DNA of 64,000 nucleotides from Octopus vulgaris (taxonomy: Eukaryota). Both the position numbers and the translations under genes were made by a program. Positions 53,739 through 64,000 of the stretch are shown here, in pieces (within the stretch, counting starts at the first letter, position 1; each line of letters opens with the position of its first letter). The notes beneath the pieces are model-generated. The model was not told the origin of the DNA. It saw only the letters and a list, made by a program, of their open reading frames with translations, and made no database searches. Where the stretch lies: NCBI GenBank assembly GCA_951406725.2, contig OX597825.1:70556001-70620000 (forward strand), in the 5' to 3' direction.

Positions 53739-54126
53739 CTAAAATAGCAAATAACTTTTTTAATAATATTACTGGCCAGATTAATTGCAGGGGATGAAAA
53801 CAAAAACATAAACAAAAAAAAAATGGTTTTGTGAGGCAGGTAAAAGAAAAAAAAAAAACACCATGAAAGAAGTGAATAAAAAGAGCAGGTGAGTGGGTTG
53901 ACAGGAGGTGGTTGTGGGTGAGAAAAAAAAAATAATGTCTGTGACGTTCTCCATGCAGCGTTACACGCACACAAGTTGGTTTGTCAGTGAATGAGTGCAA
54001 GAAGAAGTGAAGCGAGGACGACAACAAGAACAACAGCAGCGGCAAAAAACGACAACTGTAACAACCAGCAGCACCACTACACACACCGTTATACAGCACA
54101 ATAACATCAGTAGTGAGAATCTTTAC

Positions 54127-54147
54127 CAAAGATATATCAGATGTAAT
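54127..54147 (-). CDS. Candidate 21-nt microexon (ELHLIYL)
   Basis: tgtttctttag|ATTACATCTGATATATCTTTG|gtaaag; phase 2-2 and open; moderate donor. Confidence 0.3.
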
Positions 54148-54976
54148 CTAAAGAAACATTCTGGTAAATTTAATCTATTTTTCAAATTTGATTGGATTTC
54201 AAAGAATTCTCAAACTGATTTAGGAATTTTTTTTTTTTTTTTTTTCTTTTTGGCAAAAGTACCCCCCGATATTCATCCACACCTCCTATCAAAATTCCAA
54301 CATTACCATATTTTCCAGCATACAAATCAACATAGTATATAGTGTAAACCTGTAGTGTAACCATTCAAACATTATCACGATCATTCCAAATCTTGATGCA
54401 TTTCACATGGAATGGAATTTTTAACCCTCCAAAGTTGCCTTGATGTGTAAATCAGCCAACCTTATTTTGACTGTTAAATTTTGGTCGGGAAATTTCAACT
54501 TGTATGCCAGAAAATACAGTAAACAGAGAATTTTTACTTTGGGCTAGATTAGTTAAATATTGATTTTCTTAGCAAGATACAAAGCTTTGGATTTTATAGT
54601 TAAAGAAAGACAAGGGACGAGAGACTATACGATGTTCACGTCTCTATCAAGAACATAAAAAATGGGAGTACAATGAAATGGTTGAGGCTAAAACTGAGAA
54701 AGGAAATTATCTTGTAGATTCTGTTGACCAACAACTTAGTTATGTCTATTCCAGGAATCAGCAACTTCGTTTTTGTAATGGGGTCAGTTCTTGGTTTATC
54801 TCCATAAGGTGCAGGAATGGCTGTGTGGTTAAGCTCAACCATATGGGTTTGGGTTCAATGCTGCTGTGCAGTTCTTTGGAAAAGTGCCTTCTACTATAAG
54901 CCTTGGGTCAACCAATACTTTGTGAGTGAATTTGATAGACACAAACCATTTGGACGCCATTTCTGTGTATGTGCAC

Positions 54977-55005
<29 letters not shown>

Positions 55006-55008
<3 letters not shown>

Positions 55009-55195
55009 GAGGGGAAATCAAAAATTATCTTCATTATTGACCCACTGCCTTCTGCGCAATCATGCTTATAGTTGGTACTATTGTGGTCACGTGATCAAAG
55101 TTTGAGCCAGACCACACCATTTTTCTTTGGTAATGGTGAACTGGTGAGTTATACATTGAAAAAAGAAGAGTGCATATAATTTTTTACTCTCTCTC

Positions 55196-55197
<2 letters not shown>
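55006..55197. mobile_element. Mariner-type MITE
   Basis: Imperfect TIRs cgaggggaaatcaaaaattat / ataattttttactctctctca next to TA repeats. Confidence 0.5.
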
Positions 55198-55281
<84 letters not shown>

Positions 55282-55299
55282 CGGGAAGACAGAAGACAA

Positions 55300-56830
55300 G
55301 GATAGCCCCTGGTCCATTGGGAATTACTGTTGAGATGCTTAAAACACTTGTATGGTTAATCAAGGTTATTCACGAAGGTATCAACCCTGATGACTGGTGT
55401 GGCAGTGTTATCATTAACTGCTACAAAAGTAAAGGAGATGCCTTAGACAGAAATAACTACAGAGGTATCAAACTGCTAGAGCAGGTCATGAAAGTCACAC
55501 AGAGAGTTATAACCATTAGAAACAGAGTAAGATTACATGAGATGCAGTTTTGTGTCAGGTAGAAGCACTGGTGTTATCTTCCAGAAATATTTAGCAAAGT
55601 GTATAAACCGTTGTACCTGGCATTCACTGATCAGGAGAAAGCCATTGATAGAGCCCCTCACTCTATGATATGGGAGGTGGTCTCTGAGGAAGCTAGGCAT
55701 AGATGAATGGCTTGTGAAAACTGTACAAGCCATGTACAGAGGTGCAGCCAGTAAAGCAAGGGTTAGCTATGAGTACAGTGATGAATTTATTATACAGGTA
55801 GGCATTCACCAGGGCTCAGATCTTTAGTCCCCTTCTGTTCATCATTGTCCTCCAGGCTGGTTGCTCCTGGAAGCTACTAAATGCTGATGATCTTTCTCTC
55901 ATAACAGAATCTGTAACAGAATTATAAAAAAATTTTCCAGGTGTGGAGGCAAAACTTGGAATTCAAGGGCCTTGAAGTTAACTTAGCAAAAACCAGTTCT
56001 ACTAAGCAAGAAAACAGACAGGATTCTACCTGCTTCAGGTAAATGGCTCTGTTCAATACGGAGGAAAGGTGTAGGCAGTTATTTCAAATGGTGTACCTGG
56101 AGCAAGATATGGACACACAAAAGGTGTAGTGGAATCACAGAAAGGTTAACAGAGAAAGTAGTGCTTATATGTGGAAGATGCACAGGTGTCATAAAGACCA
56201 AGGATACACAGGAGACTGATTTTCTCAAATTCTGTGGAGGCACCTTACAGGTAGTAATAGTTTCTGTTACCTAGGTGACCTAATCAGCAGTGGAGGAGGA
56301 TATTCTTAAAGAGTAGTTACTAGAATAAGAATAGGATGGAGAAAGTTTAGAGAGCCATGAACTCTGTTGGCAACAAAAGGTCTCTCTCTCTGAGTGAAAG
56401 GCAGATTGTATGATGCTTATGAACATACAGTAATGCTACAAGGTAGTGAGATGTTGGCCTGGTATTCAGTGAACATGTGAAGACTAGGCAAGAATGATTC
56501 TATTATGCTCTGTACAATGTCAGTGTGTACATACAACAAAGTGCTAATGTAGTGAGAGAAAATTTAGGTATAAGAGGAATAGGATGTAATGTGCAAGAGA
56601 GGAGACTGCACTGGTCTGGTCGCATGATGCATTTGGACGAGGACAGTTGCATAAAGCAGTGCCGATCACTTAAAGAGGATGGAACTTGTGGAAGAAGGAA
56701 ACCCAAGAAGACATGGAACAAAGTATTAAAGGCTGATCCCATAATACTTAGCCTTACACAGGCGATGACAAAGGACCAAGATGATTGGGGCTTTTTGCTA
56801 TCCAATACAGCAAGAAAATGGTACCCTAAA
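55300..56830 (+). mobile_element. Decayed RTE-clade LINE, reverse transcriptase and C-terminal region
   Basis: Translated fragments DWCGSVIINCYKSKGDALDRNNYRGIKLL, GIHQGS, ADD and RRLHWSG...GRRKPKKTW; multiple stops and frameshifts. Confidence 0.85.
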
Positions 56831-57099
56831 ACCATTGTTATGCTTATATGTGCAGGGCCCTGCCCCTGCCTCCGTTCTATCACAGCAAACATTCCCCTCC
56901 CCCATGCACACATGCACACTGATTCTCATCATGACACCTATCACCCCCACCCCCCATTTATGCTACAACTCAGCTCTTTTAATCACCAGAGAACAGAATT
57001 GGCACATAATACATCCTCTCCATTATGACCACCTCCCCTCCCATCTTAGAATCACTTCCATTCTTCATTATTAATCCCCGCCCATACTATTTCCACCAA

Positions 57100-57289
57100 T
57101 TACCCTATTTTAACATGTATAAGTAACCCTTTTTTGTCAAAAATTAGGTTAAAAAATATGGGAGTTTCTTATTTACATATATATATATAGTATTATAATC
57201 CCTTACAAAACCATTTTTCTAAATTTTAAGCCCCCAAAATTAAGGGGTCCCTTATACACGAGGGTCCTTTATACACATTAAAATACAGT
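57100..57289. mobile_element. pogo/Tigger-like MITE remnant
   Basis: Imperfect inverted ends accctattttaacatgtataa / ttatacacattaaaatacagt. Confidence 0.4.
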
Positions 57290-59491
57290 CCTTCCTTCCT
57301 TGTGCTTTCAGTCACGGATCTCTCCTCTCCACAATACTCCATTCTTAAAACCTGTCTTATCTGCTTTCTTTCTCAATGCCCTCTCATATTGCTCACTATG
57401 CTCCATTTACTCTAACCCCTTATGTACCTCTATATCTTGCTCTCCCCTGCTCCTCATGCTCCTATTTTTTTCTGATCTGTTTCCCTTCCTGAGCCACTTC
57501 TATACCTTTCACCTTACCCACCTGCATCCTTGTATCCCCTTCAACTGCACCTCCCAGTTTACTATATTCATCTCTACCTCTATCTCTAGTCACCTGTTGC
57601 TCCCTAAAAAAACCCTTATAAAAATTATCCACTCTCCCCTCCCTTCCCATGACCTCCTGTCTGTATCTTCACTTATGCTGACCCTTTTGTAGATAGACTA
57701 TGCTCTAGAACCCCCATCACTACCTTCTTTTTATCTCCTTCAACCAGGTCTTTCTTCTACAACAAGACACCTTTGCTTGTTTTTCTATCATGCTTTAGTC
57801 TTTCAACACCTGACTTAAAATCAACAACCCACCTCCACTTTCCTCTCCCAAATATTCCCCTTTTAACAGTGGGGGGACTTCCCCCACCCACTCAAGTTGC
57901 CTTTTCTGCCTTGCATGTTTCCAAGGACAACTCACAAATGCTAGTGGCACAAAAGAACGAACCCAGTACACTCTGTAAAGAGGTCGGTACTAGGAAGGGC
58001 AAACTAAGGCGGCAAACTGGCAGAAACGTTAGCATGCCGGGTGAAATGCTTAGTGGTATTTCGTCTGCGCTACGTTCTGAGTTCAAATTCCGCCGAGGTC
58101 AACTTTGCCTTTCATCCTTTCAGGGTCGATTAAATAAGTACCAGTTACGCATTGGGGTCAATATAATCGACTTAATCCGTTTGTCTGTCCTTGTTTGTCC
58201 TCTCTGTGTTTAGCCCCTTGTGGGTAGTAAAGAAATAGGTTCTAGGAAGGGCATCCAGCATAGAAACCATGCAAATCTGACACCGGAGCTTGGTGCAACC
58301 CTGCAGCTTGCAAGACCATGTCAAACCATCCAGTCTGTGGCAGCATGGAAAATGCATGTTAAATGATGATGATCTATCTATCTACGTATCTATCTACCTG
58401 CCTGCATGTCTTTGTGTTTGTCCCCCACCACTGCTTAGCAACCAGTGTTGGTTTGTTTACATCCCCATAACTTAGCAGTTCGGCAAAAGAGACTGATGGA
58501 AAATAAGTACTGCGATCGATTTGTTCAACTTCCAGGTGGTGACCCAGCATGGCCACAGTCCACTAACCAAAACAAGTAAAAAGATAGAAGATCGCCAATA
58601 GGTCCGCACGGATATCATATGATATCTTACACATAAAAATATCACTGCATATCCCACCAGCATTTCCATCACTGGCAATGGTTATATAAGGAAAGATAAT
58701 ACAAATCATAACACAAGAGATTATCCAAATGCCATCCATGCTCAATGACCCACAAATATATTAAATCTGTAAAAGATTTCAAGGAAGATCTGAAGCTCAC
58801 AAAGTACTTCTCTGTGGCCTAACCAGTTGTTGACCCCTGCTCCACTCTACAGCTACTGTTTAACCCCAGATCAAAGGGTATTTCTGCCAGAACAAATTCA
58901 AGGTTTACAGACTACTCGTCTGTTGCCCACCTGTTGCTGATTCCTGGATTCCTCAACAGTCATTGTTTAACCCCACATCAGAGAACATTCCTGCCAGAAC
59001 CACCCCATTGATTTTCAGCAAAAATTTGCCTGCGAATATATTATCCAAAACGTCCTTATATAAAAGGGTAGTGTATTTTGAAGGAGACTTGGCTGCTATT
59101 TCTGACATGTTGAGCTACCAACTGAAGTCTTCCTCATAGTCATGTCTACTCAAAACTTTACAGGTTTGCTAGGGATACAAATTCTTAAGTGTACAACTGA
59201 AATTCAAAAGTTTTGGGGCGATGGGGAGATAGATATTTGTATAGACTATCTGCTAATTATGACAGCATTACACTAATTAAACGATGTCTTTAATGATAAT
59301 TAAAGACAAGCAAATCTTGATGCTATACAAAATTTAGAAATAAAAAAAAAGTAAAAGTAACCTACTGATCAATAGAATAAAAAAAAATACCAAAATACTC
59401 CAAACTATACAACATATATCGGGAGAGCAAAAAAACTAAGGAAGCAAGCACATCACACTCAAACATTAACACCGGCTACAAGGTGACGTAC

Positions 59492-59653
59492 TCCTCAGAA
59501 TCATGCCTTTGAACATGTCGGTGTTCTGTGTCAAGTTCCAGTTCTTCAGCGCTGAATCCTTTCGTCAGGATCCCTTCATCACTAATCGATGACTGCCAAT
59601 CCTGCTGCTCTGTGATCTTCTTCTGACGAGCTTCTTCCAACAACTTTGTTACC
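59492..59653 (-). CDS. Internal coding exon of an unidentified minus-strand gene (VTKLLEEARQKKITEQQDWQSSISDEGILTKGFSAEELELDTEHRHVQRHDSE)
   Basis: Acceptor ttttcag|G and donor GA|gtacgt; 162 nt, phase 2-2, open frame, non-repetitive; phase matches exon 40922-40737. Confidence 0.85.
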
Positions 59654-59904
59654 CTGAAAATCAAGCAGAGAAATTCCCATCAGTGTTGGTATAAAAGATC
59701 GAATTGGAAACTTCAGTTCTATACAGTAAAAGATTTCTCATCAAATATATACATTTAAAAGATTCCTCAATATGTGTGTGTGTATGTATGTGAGTACATC
59801 TATGTCTCTATGTGTGTATTTGTGTGCGTATGTGTGTGTGTGTGTGTGTGTTTGTGTGTGTATGTGAATACATCTATATCTTTATGTGTGTGTGTGGTTG
59901 TGTG

Positions 59905-60390
59905 TATCAAACAGTTCCCAGACTAGTTCTATAGTGTGCCAACAGATGGCAGCACACTATTGCATGACAGTGAGAGTTAGCAGTGACCTTCATGAGGCAG
60001 TATGCTTCATGAGGCAAGTTGTATGCTGTAGTCTGTGTAGTTGTTGTTGTTGGTGTTAAGCAACAAGACAGGTAAGGGTGATTAGGTGATGGTCTAGGGC
60101 TTAGGGGCGAGAGACCAAAGACCATGGAAAAAAAACTTTTTGTTATCTTGTTGTAGTTGAGGGCTCTTCGTTGATGCCCGACACCACTGGGAGGTGGCCC
60201 TCGAAGTCGCTGGAAATGGAGATCTCCAGGTCCAAATTCTTGAACGGCATAGTCTGTGTATGCTGTAGCATGCAATTTTGTCATGGACGGGAACAAAGAG
60301 TCAATGTGAAATTCTGCGTTAAACTTGGGAAGCCTGCTACAGAGAAACTTGAGCATGCTTTGGCAAGCTTACAGACCTGTCATGAGTGTC
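59905..60390 (+). mobile_element. 5' fragment of a second mariner-like element with a nested insertion
   Basis: EQRVNVKFCVKLGKPATE resembles a mariner N-terminal HTH; interrupted at 60040-60249. Confidence 0.6.
60040..60249 (-). mobile_element. Short (AAC)n-tailed retroposon, copy 2
   Basis: TSD tagtctgtgta (60029-60039 and 60250-60260); same 5' end (TGCCGTTCAAG) as copy 1. Confidence 0.8.
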
Positions 60391-61099
60391 ACCCACAGAA
60401 ATGTGGAGAGAAATTACTAACTTGTTTATGATGAACATTGGAACACAATCCTGTTTTAAGGTTTAAATTTAGTTAATGGAGTTTTTTCTATAAGAAAAAT
60501 TATTATTTTATTTATTTTTAAATAAATATTGTTTAACTCTATTAGCTTATTTATTTAATTATTATCGTTAACCTGAAGATTGACTATAAATTTAAATCCA
60601 ATTTATTTCATTTGAATTTAAACTTAATTGTAATTCAAATTTAATTGTAGCCATGAAACGTACATAGTTTTTTACTTATTATATATTGATCATTCATTTT
60701 TATACTTTTTGAGATCTAGTTATATGTTTTATAAAAATATATAATATCTGTTATTTATGTTTTGGTTTATTTCTATCACTGTTTGAGTTGCATAATAGTG
60801 GTTTTATCTCTAATTTATATTTTATACACACATATATATATATATATATATACACACACATACACACTCACACATATACATACACATGTAAATGACGGGC
60901 TTCTTTCAGTTTCCATCTCCCAAATCCACTCACAAGGCTTTGGCTGGCCTGGAGCTATAGAAGACACTTGCCCTAGGTGCCACACGGTGGGACTGAACCC
61001 AAGACCACATGGTTGAGGAACAAGCTTTATAACCACACAGCCACACCTGTCCCCAATTGGAAATATTTTTTAATTAAAAATTTTTAATGTAGATTGTAT

Positions 61100-61494
61100 A
61101 CTCTTACTCTTTTACTTGTTTCAGTCATTTGACTGCGGCCATGCTGGAGCACTGCCTTTAATCGAGCAACTCAACCCAGGGAATTATTCTTTTTGTAAGC
61201 CCAGTACTTATTCTATCGGTCTCTTTTTGCCGAACCGTTAAGTAACGGGGACATAAACACACCAGCATCGGTTGTCAAGCAATGCTAGGGGGACAAACAC
61301 ACACACACGCATATATATATATACATATATACAACGGGCTTCTTTCAGTTTCCATCTACCAAATCCACTCACAAAGCTTTGGTTGGCCCGAGGCTATAGT
61401 AAAAGACACTTGCCCAAGGTGCCACACAGTGGGACTGAACCCAGAACCATGTGGTTGGTTAGCAAGCTACTTACCACACAGCCACTCCTGCACC
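61100..61494 (-). mobile_element. SINE family B (tRNA head, internal TA/TG microsatellite); other copies at ~3287-3635(+), 15350-15700(+), 24272-24546(-), 27008-27401(-), 37490-37975(-), 44690-45060(-), 60895-61050(-)
   Basis: A-box-like tggctgtgtggt, B-box-like ggttcagtccc, core gcaccttgggcaagtgtc, tail gactgaaacaagtaaaagagt. Confidence 0.85.
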
Positions 61495-62180
61495 TGTATA
61501 GTTATACAATCTACATTTTTTTTTAAGTACAACATATTTGAGATTGTGTGTGAAAATAAATATGCCTGGCTAAAATAGGGGACTAACGCTTAAGTTCAAG
61601 CTGTGAATGTGAAACATCATGCATAAAATATGCTGATCATGAGAATTTTAGGAGACACCTGTAAAATTTTGTGACTAATTACGCTGTTGGGATACTACAC
61701 CTGTATAAGTTTGTCACTAATTAAACTTTTCCGACAACACACTTGTTAGGAAACATTAACCTAAGACTACATAATCCAATGTGTCTTCCCCTTTTTTCTA
61801 GACAGCAGAATGTGATTTGAGAGCGACCTGGCTGTTATTTCCAGCAAATTAAATATTTAGAACCTTTCCTCAAGGCTTGTATAATTTATGTTGTTGTACA
61901 AAGCTAAACATGATATCTGATAGCTATAAAGCATACATGATATCTAAAAACTGATTTGATAACACTTGCGGTGGTACAGGAGAGGAGACCTGCTTAAACT
62001 TACAGACCAGCTATGAAATACAGATGCTAAATGAAATTAGTAACAAAGGGGAGCAGGCAGGGGTTGGGTGGTTAAGAAGTTGATTCACAGCCACATGGTT
62101 TCAGGTTCAACAGAGATGGGTCACAAATGCCTAATGAGTGAAATTTGGTAGCCAGACGCACTGAGAAAGACAGTACTTCA

Positions 62181-62230
<50 letters not shown>

Positions 62231-62289
62231 TGTGTGTGTATGTATGTATATATATACATAACACATATACATAAATACATGCATATATC

Positions 62290-62334
<45 letters not shown>

Positions 62335-62337
62335 ATA

Positions 62338-62415
<78 letters not shown>

Positions 62416-62659
62416 GATACATACATACATCTACACACACATAAACTTATACTCTACTGACCCCATCAGCTTAACGTAAAATTGTTTTTATTTTAACTAA
62501 ACATAAAAAAAACACATTAACACGATATATATGTATGTGTATGTATCTATATTTGCATTTGTGTCTGTGCTTGTTTCCACAACCGTCTGACACCTGTGTT
62601 GGTTTGTTTACGGCCTCTTAAGATAGCAATTCAGCAAAAGTGACTGATAGTATAAGTAC

Positions 62660-62690
<31 letters not shown>

Positions 62691-63057
62691 TAATGTCCGC
62701 TTTCCATGCTAGCATGGGTTGGACGATTTGACTGAGGACTGGCAAACCAAATGGCTGCACCAGGCTCCAATCTGATCTGGCAGAGTTTCTACAGCTGGAT
62801 GCCCTTCCTAACCTCCAACCACTCCGAGAGTATAGTGGGTGCTTTTACGTGCCACTGGCATGAGGGCCAGTCAGGCAGTACTGGCAACGGCCACGCTCAA
62901 ATGGTCCTTTTCATGTGCCACCTGCACAGGAGCCAGTCCAGTGGCACTGGCAATGACCTCGCTCAAATGTTTTTTTCACGTGCCACCAGCACAAGTGCCA
63001 GTGAGGCGACGCTGGTAACGATCACACTCGAATGGTGCTTCTTACGTGCCATCGGCC
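62660..63057 (-). mobile_element. (GAT)n-tailed retroposon family D; other copies at ~1098-1320, 12897-13075, 19480-19705, 25047-25240, 35852-36065, 41818-42300 (all -) and 57935-58372, 63140-63500 (+)
   Basis: Shared tggttggcgttaggaagggcatccagctgtagaaac ... catgctagcatggaaagcggacgttaaacgatgatgat. Confidence 0.8.
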
Positions 63058-63467
63058 AGAGTATTAAAAAGAAAATAAGTACACATTTGCCAGCATCATG
63101 TAAGCGGCCCCTGGGAAATCATAGTCATGACCACTGCAGGTAGCATGGTCTTTTGACCGTTGGGCCTCACATGACAAGTGACAATGACAAGTGACCAAGA
63201 CCTTTGGCAATGGCCAAGCTGTGCTGAGAAGACTTGTCGAACCAAGTGAAATCAAAGTCATAGTTGTTGGCAGTGTCATGTAAATGGCACCTGTGCTGGT
63301 GGCACATAAAAGCACCCATTACACTCTTGGAGTGGTTGGCATTAGGAAGGGCATCCAGCTGTAGGAACCATACCAAATTAGACTGGAACTTGGTGCAGCT
63401 CCCTGGCTTACAAGTTTTCAGTCAAATTGTCTAACCCATGCCAGCATGGAAAGTGGACGTTAGACAT

Positions 63468-63501
<34 letters not shown>

Positions 63502-64000
63502 AATGGGGCCAATTTGTTCAACGAAATACTTCAAGGCGATGCCGTGGCATGGCCACAGTCCAATGACTGAAGCAAATATAAGATAAAAGATAAAATCTAA
63601 AAAAATATTTGAAATTCATGTTTGGACAGGTTCTGTGTTATAGATTAGTCATCATAAATTATGCTTCAAGGTACTTTAAGTTCAGAAAAGACAAGCATGT
63701 TAACATACCAAAGGACAACACATCATACAATATGACACAGTCTACTGCTCAAGACCTACTTTCATAGTCTCTGAAAACAAAATATGTGCCTCTGTGTGTG
63801 TGTGGGTGCATGTGTGTGGAAGCGTGCGTGTGCAAGTGTGTGTGCGTGTGCAAGTGTGTGTGTGTGTGCATGTGTGAATGTGTACTGGCAAGATTCTTGC
63901 CTGTGACAAAACTGACTCTTAACCGTATTGGAAAACTCAACACCAAGAAGGTAGGGCAATTATTTAGTTTGATGTAAATTTCATGACAACAATCAAACAT

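Noticed and set aside
63709-63770. Strong acceptor ttttgttttcag at 63772-63771
   Set aside because: The 11- and 62-nt versions have stops in the required frame, and the open 15-nt version needs a poor donor (gtcttg); unsupported.

Overview
AT-rich, microsatellite- and SINE-dense eukaryotic DNA. The repeat families (tRNA-headed SINEs, (GAT)n- and (AAC)n-tailed retroposons, TA/CA/AAT arrays) resemble an octopus or other coleoid cephalopod genome; this is inference. Almost all ORFs in the supplied track are microsatellite or SINE artefacts. The window holds the 3' part of one large minus-strand gene whose product I cannot identify (disordered Ser/Thr/Gly/Pro-rich C-terminal tail). Four phase-compatible exons were reconstructed by hand: 59653-59492, 40922-40737, 21456-21396 and a terminal exon 17660-17049. 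The introns between the first three are phase 2 and contain candidate cassette exons and microexons of 8, 18, 21, 30, 54 and 87 nt, plus alternative terminal exons. Several have UGC next to the 3' splice site or nearby UGCAUG, as neural microexons do. Two frame-preserving microexons contain in-frame stops, and one UAG lies in an exon-intron hairpin that looks like an ADAR substrate. Together these suggest a splicing and editing switchboard for the protein's C-terminus (hypothesis). Other content: a decayed mariner, RTE and CR1-like LINE relics, Helitron, hAT, Tc1 and piggyBac-type MITEs, fold-back elements (one with a Penelope-type hammerhead motif), a repeat family with an HDV-ribozyme-like 5' segment, and several minisatellites. 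Repeat boundaries are approximate.
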